A stretch of DNA of 64,000 nucleotides from Anaerolineae bacterium (GCA_027021705.1 JALUTT010000003.1:11479-75478); one strand, 5' to 3'; shown: positions 28,013 through 37,304, counted from the stretch's first letter. Numbers and translations are program-made. The notes: generated by a model not told the origin, from the letters alone.

Positions 28013-29716
28013 ATCTCCCATCGGCGTCCTGGGCTCCGATCTCCTGCTCGCCATATCCGGCATCTGCGCCGTTATCAAGAGATCGCCGGTGTCTTCCTCC
28101 GTCACGGGTTGGGCGAGGCGCTGGACCAGTTGGGCCTGACGCCGCTGCTGAGCCTCCCCCGTCGGATCGCTCGCCGGCCGCCTCCCCCTTCCTCCGCGCT
28201 GACCACCCCCCAGCGGCTCCGGCTGGCCCTAGAGGCCCTGGGGCCCACCTTCGTCAAGCTGGGCCAGATCCTCAGCACCCGTCCCGACCTGCTCCCACCC
28301 GACTACATCGCCGAGCTGAGCCGGCTCCAGGATACCGTCCCGCCGGTCCCCTGGGAGGCGATCCAGAGCTGCCTGGAAGAAGAGCTGGGCGCCCCCTTGA
28401 GCGCCCACTTCGCCTCCTTCGATCCCCAGCCCATTGCCGCAGCCTCTCTCGCCCAGGTTCATCCGGCCATCCTGCTTGACGGCACCGAGGTGGTCGTCAA
28501 GGTGCAGCGCCCCCATATCCTCCAAATCATCGAGACTGACCTGGAGATCCTCAGCGACCTGGCCTGGTTGGCTCAGCAGCACACCCCCCTGAGCGATCTT
28601 TACGACCTGCCGGAGATCACCGAGGAGTTCGCCTACACGCTGCGGGCTGAACTGGACTACCGGCGGGAAGGGCGTAATGCCGACCGCTTCCGGGAGAACT
28701 TCGCCGACGAGCCGGCCCTCTACATCCCCCAGGTCTACTGGGAGACGACGACCCGCCGGGTGTTGACGCTGGAACGCATCCGGGGGATCAAGATAGACGA
28801 CGTGGAGGCCCTCGATGCGGCCGGCTACGACCGCAAGCGGATCGCCCTCCACGCTGCCCGCATCATCATCCAAGAGGTCCTCGTGGACGGCTTCTTCCAC
28901 GCCGACCCCCATCCCGGCAACTTCGTCGTCATGCCCGGCGAGGTGATCGGCGCGATGGACTTCGGGATGGTGGGCTACCTGGACCGCCGGCTTCGCGAGG
29001 ACCTGGTCCGCCTCTACATCGCTGCCGTGCAGGTGGACAGCGAGGCCGTCGCCGATCAGCTCATCCGCATGGGAGCTGCCCGACAGGGGGTGGATCGCAA
29101 CGGCCTGAGCCGGGACATCGCCCGGCTCTTGCGCAAGTATCAGGGGCTGCCGCTCAAAGAGATCCGAGCCCAGGAGGTCATTCGGGATGTGATGCCCATC
29201 GCCTTCCGCCATCACTTGCGGCTGCCCAGTGACCTCTGGCTGTTGGGGAAGACCTTGGGGATGATGGAGGGGGTGGGGTTGAAGCTCGACCCCGACTTCG
29301 ACATCTTCGCCGTCTCGGAGCCCTACGTCCGCCGCCTGATGCGGCAGGTTTGGTTGCCCGACCACTGGGGGCCTTCCCTGCTCCGGGGGATCACCGACTG
29401 GGCGGAGCTGACCAGCGTGGCCCCGCGCCAGGCGGTGCGCTTGCTGGAGCAGGCGGAACGGGGGGAGTTGCAGATCCGGCTGCGCCTGCAGGAACTGGAA
29501 GAGACGACGGCGCGGATGGACCGCATGGCCAGCCGGCTGGCCCTCAGCATCCTCGTCGCCGCCTTCATCGTCGCCCTGGCCCTGCTCATCCCCACCCTCA
29601 ACCTGAACGCTCAATGGGGGATCATCACCTGGTTGGTGATCCTGGGCTTCATCGTCGCCAGCTTCCTGGGTCTCTGGCTCCTGATCACCATCTGGAGGGC
29701 CGGTCGCTGGCGGTGA
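28013..29716 (+). CDS. ABC1/UbiB (AarF) family atypical kinase; probable ATC start
   Basis: LGPTFVKLGQ, AAASLAQVH, VVVKVQRP, ELDY..EG, FFHADPHPGN, DFGM; conserved RHLRRYQEI..LRHG lies upstream of TTG 28109; SD GAGGAGGT precedes in-frame ATC 28013. Confidence 0.88.
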   Translation: MSHRRPGLRSPARHIRHLRRYQEIAGVFLRHGLGEALDQLGLTPLLSLPRRIARRPPPPSSALTTPQRLRLALEALGPTFVKLGQILSTRPDLLPPDYIAELSRLQDTVPPVPWEAIQSCLEEELGAPLSAHFASFDPQPIAAASLAQVHPAILLDGTEVVVKVQRPHILQIIETDLEILSDLAWLAQQHTPLSDLYDLPEITEEFAYTLRAELDYRREGRNADRFRENFADEPALYIPQVYWETTTRRVLTLERIRGIKIDDVEALDAAGYDRKRIALHAARIIIQEVLVDGFFHADPHPGNFVVMPGEVIGAMDFGMVGYLDRRLREDLVRLYIAAVQVDSEAVADQLIRMGAARQGVDRNGLSRDIARLLRKYQGLPLKEIRAQEVIRDVMPIAFRHHLRLPSDLWLLGKTLGMMEGVGLKLDPDFDIFAVSEPYVRRLMRQVWLPDHWGPSLLRGITDWAELTSVAPRQAVRLLEQAERGELQIRLRLQELEETTARMDRMASRLALSILVAAFIVALALLIPTLNLNAQWGIITWLVILGFIVASFLGLWLLITIWRAGRWR

Positions 29717-29740
29717 GCCGGCGTGAGGGCCATCTCGGGT

Positions 29741-30157
29741 TCATCCCGGGGGCGTCTCCACCTCCGACGGCAGTGGCCAGCCCCGGGCCTGGAGCCGCCG
29801 CTCCACCTCGGCCAGGAGCTCGGGCTCCGACTCCCAGCCGACGAACTTCTGACCATCTATGAGAAAGGTGGGGTAGCGACGGATCCAGTGACGGATCAGC
29901 CGCCAGATTCCCACCAGGGATTCGGGGTCTACGATGCGGATCAGCACCGCTCCCCGATAGCGCTCCGCCACCTCCCGGGCCCAGGTGCAGACCCGCAGGT
30001 ACTCCTCGCGGAGCCACTCAGGATATTCGTTGATCTCCTCGTTATGGACTTTGTCCCCGATACCAAGGCCCGCTTGGTTTGACATCCACTCGCAGTGGGG
30101 TCAATGGAGCTGATAGCTCAGCACGGGGGCAATGACCTCAACAATCAGCCGCCGCAT
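29741..30157 (-). CDS. Candidate selenoprotein, thioredoxin-like UxxC protein (138 aa, Sec at codon 19)
   Basis: SD GGAGG and ATG 30157; MRRLIVEVIAPVLSYQLH-TGA-PHCEWMSNQ.. reads in frame into ORF 29741..30085; TGA aligns with Cys19 of the adjacent paralog; downstream hairpin. Confidence 0.82.
30055..30100 (-). promoter_or_regulatory. Putative bacterial SECIS element
   Basis: ACCAAG-CGGGC-CUUGGU hairpin (30078-30062), loop 28 nt after UGA with G at loop position 2; extendable by GAU/AUC and CCCC/GGGG pairs. Confidence 0.6.
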
Positions 30158-30549
30158 CCTGCTTCCTCCATGCCTTGGGCCGACAGCTTCTCCTCGATCG
30201 CCGCTCGCAGGGCCGGCTCCGATTCCCACCCGACGAACTTCTGACCGTCCAACAGGAAGGTCGGGTAACGGCGGATCCAATAGCGCAGCAAGCGCCACAT
30301 CCCCTCCAGCGACTGGGGGTCCACGATGCAGACCCGCACTGCGCCCTGGTAGCGCCGGGCGATCTCCCGAACCCAATCGGAGACCTGGAGGTAGGCCTCC
30401 TGCAGCCACGCCGGATAGGCGTTGATCGCTTCCTGCTGCACGGCGGCGTTGACCCCCAGCCCGGTCTTGTCGAAGACGAACTCGCACTGGGAACAGTGGG
30501 ACTGGAAAGTCAGGACCGGTGTGACCACCTCGACGACGATCCCTCGCAT
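30145..30549 (-). CDS. Thioredoxin-like CxxC protein (Cys paralog of the candidate selenoprotein)
   Basis: ATG 30549 after GGAGGAG; HCSQC motif and RYPTF cis-Pro-like motif; colinear with the downstream paralog. Confidence 0.85.
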   Translation of the reverse strand: MRGIVVEVVTPVLTFQSHCSQCEFVFDKTGLGVNAAVQQEAINAYPAWLQEAYLQVSDWVREIARRYQGAVRVCIVDPQSLEGMWRLLRYWIRRYPTFLLDGQKFVGWESEPALRAAIEEKLSAQGMEEAGCGG

Positions 30550-30648
30550 TGACCTCTCCTCCCTCGGCATTCGAGCAACACAGGTGGGAGAGCCCATCCG
30601 TAGAGCCCTCCCACCTGCAGTGTTGACGTCAGCAGACCGAGGCGTTTC

Positions 30649-32406
30649 TCAGCGGGCTGCCATCGCCATCTCGGTGCGGGCCCTCTGGAAAGAGCGGAGC
30701 CCGTCGTAGGCCAGCAGTAGGGCCGCCAGGGCGAGGAAGAGCCCGATGAGGCCGGCCACCAGGTTGCCGAAGACGAAGGCCGCCTCGATGCCCGGCTCGA
30801 AGGCCGCGTTGAAGGACTTGTAGGCCGTGATCAGCAGGGCGGTCACCGTGGTGACGTACATGAAGACCGCCGGCCAGAAGGTCCAGTTGTAGGCTTTCCC
30901 CTCTCGGGCCAGCCAGATGGTGATGAGCAGCAGGGCCAGGCCGGCGAAGAGCTGGTTGGCCCCACCGAAGAGCACCCAGATCCTCTGCCAGAAGCCGGTC
31001 CACAGGATCAGCAGGGTGAAGAGGATGGCGACGATGGAGCCGACGTGGGGGTTCTTGAAGGCGACGATCTTGTCGCCGATCAGCTCGGCGCTGGCCACCC
31101 GCATGAAGCGCAGGACCAACTGCATCACCGTGAGCGCCATCACGGCCAGGAAGATGGAGCCGATGGCTGTCCCTAGATCGGCGGGGACACCGAGCACGCC
31201 CAGGAAGCGGGACATCCCGTCGGCAAAGACCCCACCGGCCTTTGCGGTCAGCTTCCAGTTCTGGGTTGGGTCATAGAAGGTGCCGGCCGTCGCCGTAACC
31301 GCGAAGACGACGGAGAGGACCCCCAACACCGCCTCGGTGTACATCGCGCCGGCCCCGACGGGCAAGGCGTCGGTCTCCTTCTCAAGCTGGCGGGCCGTGC
31401 CCGAGGTGGAGACCAGGCTGTGCCAGCCGGAGATGGCCCCGCAGGAGATGGTGACGAAGAGGATAGGCCATAGCCAGCCCAGGTGGGGTTGGTTCCAAGT
31501 GACGAAGGCCGGGATGGCGAAGTTGGTCTTGGCCGTGCCCACCCCCAGGGTCGCCAGGAAGATGCCCACGATGGAGCCCACGATGCCCAGGAGGACGAAC
31601 CAGAAGGAGGTGTAGTTGATGGGCTGGGCGAAGCGCCAGATGGGGAGCACCGACCCCAGGTAGCAGAAGGCCAGGGCCACGATCCCCCACAGCCAGACGG
31701 ACCACTTCATCGGTCCGTAGGGGGTCTTGTAGAGCACGCCTTCGGCGTCACCGGCCAGCCCGTTGATGCCTTGGGCGATGTTGGTGAAGAAGCCGGTCGT
31801 GCCCAGCCAGATGCCGATGAGGGCCAGGGCCACGGTGAGGACGGTGGTGAAGAGCAGGTCCTGCTTCCAGCGGTAGGTCATCTGCCCGGCCAGGAGCCCT
31901 GCCAAGGTCAGGAAGAGGAAGCCGAAAGGAACCACCGGATTGGCCAGCAGGCCGGCCACGACGTAACCGAAGGCACCCATGATGAGGAGCAGGTAGAAGT
32001 AGAGGAAGCTCAGGAGGATGCCCCGCGCTCGAGGGGAAATAAGCTTGTAGCTCAGACCGCCTAGGGTCATGCCCTCGTTCCGCATCGCCAGCATGGCCGA
32101 GGCGTAGTCCTGCACCCAGCCGATGAAGAAGACGCCGATCACCAGCCACAGCACGGCCGGCAGCCATCCCCACTGCACGGCGACGATGGGACCGACGATG
32201 GGGCCCAGCGCGGCGATGGACTTGAACTGATAGCCGAAGAGCACGCTTCCACTAGCCGGCATGAAGTCCACGCCATCCTGGTAGAGGGTCGCCGGCGTCG
32301 CCCGTTTGGGATCCGACTGGATAACCTCCCGGTCCATCTTGCTCGCGTAGAAGCGATAGCCCAGGATGACGATCACCAACGTGATGACCAGGACTAGCAG
32401 TGCCAT
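30649..32406 (-). CDS. cstA: Carbon starvation protein A family transporter
   Basis: TPA..DGVDF, FKSIAALGPIVGP, GWLPA, PILFVTISCGAISGWHSL, IWVLFGGANQL. Confidence 0.93.
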   Translation of the reverse strand: MALLVLVITLVIVILGYRFYASKMDREVIQSDPKRATPATLYQDGVDFMPASGSVLFGYQFKSIAALGPIVGPIVAVQWGWLPAVLWLVIGVFFIGWVQDYASAMLAMRNEGMTLGGLSYKLISPRARGILLSFLYFYLLLIMGAFGYVVAGLLANPVVPFGFLFLTLAGLLAGQMTYRWKQDLLFTTVLTVALALIGIWLGTTGFFTNIAQGINGLAGDAEGVLYKTPYGPMKWSVWLWGIVALAFCYLGSVLPIWRFAQPINYTSFWFVLLGIVGSIVGIFLATLGVGTAKTNFAIPAFVTWNQPHLGWLWPILFVTISCGAISGWHSLVSTSGTARQLEKETDALPVGAGAMYTEAVLGVLSVVFAVTATAGTFYDPTQNWKLTAKAGGVFADGMSRFLGVLGVPADLGTAIGSIFLAVMALTVMQLVLRFMRVASAELIGDKIVAFKNPHVGSIVAILFTLLILWTGFWQRIWVLFGGANQLFAGLALLLITIWLAREGKAYNWTFWPAVFMYVTTVTALLITAYKSFNAAFEPGIEAAFVFGNLVAGLIGLFLALAALLLAYDGLRSFQRARTEMAMAAR

Positions 32407-32686
32407 AGCTTTTCCCTCCTTAACTTGGTACTAGGGCCAACCGATTGATTGGCCTCAGGAAAGCGACCCCACCTGAATCGTCCATCGGATCCACAGTTTG
32501 GGTTGCGTCTATCACCCCCCTTCTTGCGTCGAGGACAAGGATGCCTGAGCACCCAAACAGGACTGCTCTACGGAGAGTCCTCTTGGGGAGAAACAGCCTT
32601 TGGACGAATCGCTCTTGCCTGGTCTCAAGCGCTGCGAAGCCAACCGTGGGGAGTAGACAACGGAGGGAAACCAATATAGCAACCAG

Positions 32687-32716
32687 ATTATACCCAAAAG
32701 GGCACCCGTTTGTCAA
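32687..32716 (-). promoter_or_regulatory. Consensus sigma70 promoter for cstA
   Basis: TTGACA(32716-32711)-18bp-TATAAT(32692-32687), implying an approx. 270-nt leader. Confidence 0.72.
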
Positions 32717-32728
32717 GACCCATCCGGT

Positions 32729-32882
32729 CGGTGATTACCCACAAGTGAGCGAGAGCGTGGTCCGTAGCAGGCCGTCCACGAATTTCTCACAAATGCACGA
32801 ATGAGGTGGTCCTTAATTCGTGTATTCGTGCCCCATTCGTGGACGGCTAGCTCCCTATCTCCAAAGATATGGGTAATCACCG
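32729..32882. mobile_element. MITE-like nested palindromic element
   Basis: Terminal IR CGGTGATTACCCA/TGGGTAATCACCG; internal IR GCCGTCCACGAAT/ATTCGTGGACGGC; one arm recurs at 54493-54557. Confidence 0.7.
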
Positions 32883-32978
32883 GCTACCTGGACTTTATAA
32901 CACCGATGCCCTCGGAAGGTTGCTCCGTTTGGTCGGGTAGTCGGATGGTCAGGGGGTCAGCCGTTGGCAGTCAACGGT

Positions 32979-34076
32979 CTATGGTCCGACGGCCTGGTTC
33001 AGGATCGAAGCGGCGGTGGCGATGTTGGTCAGCTTCGCCTTGGCCGCCGACCGGGAGAGCTGCACCATCCCGCAGTCGGGAGCCAGGATCAGCTGCTCCC
33101 TGGGCAGGTACTGCAACGCCTCCCGCCCCCGCTCCACCAGAGCCTCCACGCTCTCCACCTCGTCCGAGCCCACGTCCACGACGCCCAACATCACCGTCTT
33201 CTCTCCAATGGCCGGCAGCACCGACAGGTCCAGCCGGCTCTGGGCTCCTTCGATGGAGACCACGTCGAGGGCAGAATCGCTGAGCCAGCTCAGGACATCG
33301 GCGTAGTACTCAGCTTTGGCTTTGTACTCGATGCCCTGCCTTTCCAGCGGCTTGTCGGGATAGCCCCGGCAGATGTGGACGAAGAAGGTCGCCCGATCCT
33401 CCAGCCCGTGGAAGCAAGCCTGCAGGGCATCCAGGCCCCACCGTTGGGCCTGGTCGGGGTATCGGAGCAGCACCGGATCGTCGAACTGAATCGCCCGGCA
33501 GCCCGCTTCGATGAGGTTCTCCACTTCGTGCCGGATCGCTGCCGCGTAGTCCATCGCCAGCCGCTCCCGGTCCCCCTGGTAGTAGTCGTCCACCACGCTG
33601 TCCACCACGGTGGACGGCCCCGGCAGGCCGATCTTGGCGATGCCCTTGGCGTACCGCTGGGTGAACCGGTAATCCTCGACCAGGATCGGTCCCTCATACG
33701 CGATCTTCCCGACGACGACGGGGAGGCGGCGGACGTACATCCCCTCTCGGATGGACTTCTCCCGCAGGTGCTCGAAGTCGAAGCCACCCAGCCGGCGCAG
33801 CACGTAGAGGACGTAGTGGCCCCGCCGCTCCTCCCCATCGGTGATGAAGTCCAGACCGGCCTCGTTCTGATCCTCGATGGCCATCCGGGCCGCCCTGTCC
33901 AGCCGCGCCCGGAACTCTTCGGGACCGACCGCCTTCTCCAGATCGTAGAGGGTCATCCCCATCTGGTCCAGGAGCTCGCGTCCCGTGCCGGCGAAGAGGT
34001 AGTCGGGCTTGGGGTAGCTCCCCACGATGGCCGTCATCACCCGATCCTGGCGGACCTTTCCTCCTGTTGAATCCAT
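32979..34076 (-). CDS. Cobalamin-independent methionine synthase II family protein (single-barrel MetE-like)
   Basis: VGSYPKP, ITDGEERR, IQFDDP, HICRG (HxC), LAPDCG Zn ligands. Confidence 0.88.
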   Translation of the reverse strand: MDSTGGKVRQDRVMTAIVGSYPKPDYLFAGTGRELLDQMGMTLYDLEKAVGPEEFRARLDRAARMAIEDQNEAGLDFITDGEERRGHYVLYVLRRLGGFDFEHLREKSIREGMYVRRLPVVVGKIAYEGPILVEDYRFTQRYAKGIAKIGLPGPSTVVDSVVDDYYQGDRERLAMDYAAAIRHEVENLIEAGCRAIQFDDPVLLRYPDQAQRWGLDALQACFHGLEDRATFFVHICRGYPDKPLERQGIEYKAKAEYYADVLSWLSDSALDVVSIEGAQSRLDLSVLPAIGEKTVMLGVVDVGSDEVESVEALVERGREALQYLPREQLILAPDCGMVQLSRSAAKAKLTNIATAASILNQAVGP

Positions 34077-34092
34077 CCCTTTCCTCACTATA

Positions 34093-34185
34093 GTCGCTTG
34101 GTCGCTTGGTCGAGTGGTCGGGTGGTCCTCGGTCCTTAGTCCGCAGTCGGCGGTCGGCCGTCGTCCACCGGCGGTCGGCCGTCGG
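34093..34185. repeat. Composite 8-mer/7-mer tandem array (inverted relative to 9962-10050)
   Basis: Reverse complement reads GGACTAAGGACCGAGGACCACCCGACCACTCGACCAAGCGACCAAGCGAC. Confidence 0.8.
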
Positions 34186-34298
34186 AACCAGAACGACGCC
34201 CTATCCCCGAGGAGCAGGACTCCCGTCCGCCCTCACCCCGGGTCCGGGCGTCGGACACTGGGATGGTCTACGGCTGGACAAAAGCCCCCTTTGGGAGC

Positions 34299-35375
34299 TC
34301 AGTCCGTCCAGAGCAGCGACTTTTCCGTCTGGGGGTCGAAGAACTGGACCTTGTGGGTGTTGAAGCGGAGCCGGACAGTGTCCCCGATCTTCAGCCGCAG
34401 CGCCGGATCGGCCAAGAAGTGGACCTTGCTCTCGCCGATGCGCACGTCCACCAGGTCGTCGCGGCCCAAGGGCTCCACGACGTAGACCTCGCCGGCGATG
34501 CCCTCCTCGGCCAGGGAGACGTCCTCAGGCCGGATGCCCAGGATCACCTTGCCCCGGCCGGCGGCCTTCTCCCCCCGTTCCGGCGGGACGATGACGTCGA
34601 AGCCCTCACAGCGAGCGTGGTACTCGCCGTTCTCCCGGACGACCTCGACCTCCAGGAAGTTCATCGGCGGGTTGCCGACGAAGCTGGCAACGAAGAGGGT
34701 GCGCGGCTGGTCGTACAGCTCGTCGGGCGGGCAGTAAGCCTGGAGCTTCCCGTCCCGCATCACGGCGATCCGGTCCGCCATCGTCATCGCCTCCACCTGG
34801 TCGTGGGTCACGTAGATGGACGTGATGCCCAGGTCCATCTGGAGGCGCTTGATCTCGCTGCGCATCGTCAGGCGCAAACGGGCGTCTAGGTTGGAGAGGG
34901 GCTCGTCGAAGAGGAGCAACTGAGGTTCTTTGATCAACGCCCGTCCCAAAGCGACCCGCTGCTGCTGCCCGCCGGAGAGCTGGGCCGGTTTGCGGTCCAT
35001 CAGATGGCCGATGCCCATCATATCCGCCACTCGCTGGGCCCGCTTTCGCCTTTCCTCCATCGGCACCTTCTTCAGCTTCAACGGGAAGGTCAGGTTCTCG
35101 AAGACCGTCATATGGGGGTAGAGGGCGTAGCTCTGGAAGACCATGCCGATGTTGCGGTCTTTGGGGGCCAGATGATTGACCACCTTCCCATCGAACTTGA
35201 TGAGCCCGGCGGTGGGTTTGTAGATGCCCGCGATCATCAAAAGCGTCGTCGTCTTTCCGCAGCCCGAGGGGCCCAAGAAGGCCACGAACTCCGCATCCCC
35301 GATCTCCAGGTTGATGTTGTCGGCACCGACGACCGGTCCCCACCGCTTGGTGAGATTTTCCAGTTGAACCCGCAT
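34299..35375 (-). CDS. Sugar ABC transporter ATP-binding protein (MalK-like)
   Basis: [32 protein letters not shown]. Confidence 0.95.
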   Translation of the reverse strand: MRVQLENLTKRWGPVVGADNINLEIGDAEFVAFLGPSGCGKTTTLLMIAGIYKPTAGLIKFDGKVVNHLAPKDRNIGMVFQSYALYPHMTVFENLTFPLKLKKVPMEERRKRAQRVADMMGIGHLMDRKPAQLSGGQQQRVALGRALIKEPQLLLFDEPLSNLDARLRLTMRSEIKRLQMDLGITSIYVTHDQVEAMTMADRIAVMRDGKLQAYCPPDELYDQPRTLFVASFVGNPPMNFLEVEVVRENGEYHARCEGFDVIVPPERGEKAAGRGKVILGIRPEDVSLAEEGIAGEVYVVEPLGRDDLVDVRIGESKVHFLADPALRLKIGDTVRLRFNTHKVQFFDPQTEKSLLWTD

Positions 35376-35410
35376 GTTCACCCTCCCTAGGAAAGCCAGC
35401 CCGGCAGCAG

Positions 35411-36250
35411 TTACACGCCGCCTTTCGTGCCGCCGGTGTAGATGTTCAGCAGGTATTCCTGGCTGAAGATGAAGAAAAGCATCACCGGGATGAGTTGGAA
35501 GAGCCCCACAGCCGCCACCTGACCGTAAGTGACGAAGGTGGAATCGCCGATCAGGCTGTTCAGGTAAACGGCGATGGTCGCCTTGGTGTCGGTGGTCGTG
35601 AAGGTGTAGGGGATGAGAAAGGAACTCCAGCCGGTGATGAAGGAGAAAATGGAAAGGGCCGCAATGCCCGGTCGGATGTTGGGCAGGAGGATCTCCCACC
35701 ACGTTCGGAGGCGACCGCAGCCGTCAATCAGCGCTGCCCGCTCCATATCCCAGGAGACGTTGTCGAAGAAGCCCTTCATCAGCCAGACGCCCAGGGGAAG
35801 CATCAGGGAGACCTGGACCAACACCACCCCCGTGATCGTGTCATAGAGCTTGATGGCCCGCAGGACGTAGAAGATGGCGATCAGCAGCGTCACGCTGGGA
35901 AAGGCGTGCAGGATGAGGGTAAGGGAAAGGAAGGCTTTTCGCCCTGGGAAGTTGAGGCGCGACAGGGCGTAGCCGGCCATCGCCGAGATCAGGACCACGA
36001 AGACCGCCATGCCTAGGGCCAGGATCAGCGTGTTCAGCGTGATGATCCAGATGCTGGGCCGCTGGGCGATGGGCTCCACCAGGAATCGCCAGTACTCCAG
36101 CGTGAAGCGCCCCTTGGGCACCAGGCCCTCGGTGGTGAAGAAGAAACTGGAGATCAGAATCCAGACATACCCGACAATGATGGGCAAGGTGATGATCCCC
36201 ATAATGACGTAAGGAATCGTTGCCCTTATCCTCTGCTCCCAGGTGTACAT
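35411..36250 (-). CDS. Carbohydrate ABC permease (MalG-like)
   Basis: ERAALIDG loop, TM helices. Confidence 0.92.
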   Translation of the reverse strand: MYTWEQRIRATIPYVIMGIITLPIIVGYVWILISSFFFTTEGLVPKGRFTLEYWRFLVEPIAQRPSIWIITLNTLILALGMAVFVVLISAMAGYALSRLNFPGRKAFLSLTLILHAFPSVTLLIAIFYVLRAIKLYDTITGVVLVQVSLMLPLGVWLMKGFFDNVSWDMERAALIDGCGRLRTWWEILLPNIRPGIAALSIFSFITGWSSFLIPYTFTTTDTKATIAVYLNSLIGDSTFVTYGQVAAVGLFQLIPVMLFFIFSQEYLLNIYTGGTKGGV

Positions 36251-36266
36251 CGCATCCCCCTTCCCT

Positions 36267-37259
36267 TCACAAGGTCTCGATCTTCGGTTCCTCAATCAGG
36301 GCACCGAACTGGAAGACCCGTAGGTAGATGATGGACATCACGATCCCGATCACGACCAGCACCGAGGCGAGAGCTGCGCCGTAGCCGAACTGGATGTTCC
36401 CCCAGTAGTTGGCCAGCGCTCGGTGGTAGGCGTTCAGCGCCCACACTTCGGTGCCGTACCGGCCCGGCCCGCCATCGGTGAGGAGCAGAATGTACTCAAA
36501 AGAGGTCAACAACGAAAGCGTTTGATAGGTGGTCACGAAGAGGAGTGGCCACTTGATCATGGGAATGATGACATAACGGATGGATTGCCAGGTCGAAGCG
36601 CCATCCACTTTGGCCGCCCGGATGTAATCGTCGGGGATGGACTCGATGGCCGAGGTGAAGATGATCATCCCGAAGGAAGCGCCAACGAAGCCGTTGACCA
36701 GGATCACCATCACCCAGGGAGCAGCGGTGACCCAGTCCTTGGGCGGGATGCCCAAGGGGCCGAAGATGTGCTGGTTGAGGATGCCGTAAGGAGCATCGGC
36801 AGCCATCCAGCGCCACATCATAATGTAGACGACCGAGGGCGTGATGCGCGGCAGCAGCCACAGCGTGCGGAAGAGGAAGCCGGCCCTGCGGTTCATATGG
36901 GTGGTCACCAGGGCGATGACCAGTCCCAACCCCACGTTGAAAAGCGTCAGCGTGAAGAAGACGTAGATGGCCGTGTTCTTCAGGATCACCTTGGTCCAGC
37001 GGAACTTGGCCATCTTGGCGTAGTTCGCCAGCCCCACCCAGTTGAACCGGCCAAAGGTGGCTGTGCTCATATCCGTCATGCTGATCAGGATGGTCAGCAG
37101 GACCGGCAGGAAGAAGAAGATGAAGACCAGGATGGCAGCAGGGCTGAGGAAGAAGGCAGGCGCTGAGTAGGCTCTGAGCCTTACCCAGAAGGACCGGTAT
37201 GCCTGTTCTTCCCTCGCGAGCACCATCGTGCCGGCCGTCGAAGGATTGTGTGAGGACAT
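36267..37259 (-). CDS. Carbohydrate ABC permease (MalF-like)
   Basis: GLANY, RAAKVDGAS; ATG 37259 after GGAGGAAGG. Confidence 0.92.
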   Translation of the reverse strand: MSSHNPSTAGTMVLAREEQAYRSFWVRLRAYSAPAFFLSPAAILVFIFFFLPVLLTILISMTDMSTATFGRFNWVGLANYAKMAKFRWTKVILKNTAIYVFFTLTLFNVGLGLVIALVTTHMNRRAGFLFRTLWLLPRITPSVVYIMMWRWMAADAPYGILNQHIFGPLGIPPKDWVTAAPWVMVILVNGFVGASFGMIIFTSAIESIPDDYIRAAKVDGASTWQSIRYVIIPMIKWPLLFVTTYQTLSLLTSFEYILLLTDGGPGRYGTEVWALNAYHRALANYWGNIQFGYGAALASVLVVIGIVMSIIYLRVFQFGALIEEPKIETL

Positions 37260-37304
37260 AGACCTTCCTCCCCGTTTGCAACGCCTCCCCGGGTGGGGCA
37301 CGGT

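Noticed and set aside
29741..30157. Pseudogene, or the 114-aa ORF starting at 30085
   Set aside because: The single TGA falls exactly at a redox Cys, the SD/ATG is intact, similarity holds on both sides and there is a downstream hairpin; Sec is the more parsimonious reading, though unproven
30575..30626. Hairpin between cstA and the CxxC gene as another copy of the 109-bp element
   Set aside because: Arms (CAGGTGGGAG/CTCCCACCTG) only loosely resemble the element and are in the opposite order; more likely an ordinary stabiliser or attenuator hairpin
32420..32804. Short ORFs or a known riboswitch upstream of cstA
   Set aside because: ORFs overlap the promoter and repeat element; no known riboswitch consensus recognised by eye
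34077..34298. SAM or cobalamin riboswitch before the MetE-like gene
   Set aside because: Region consists mainly of short tandem repeats; no aptamer consensus seen
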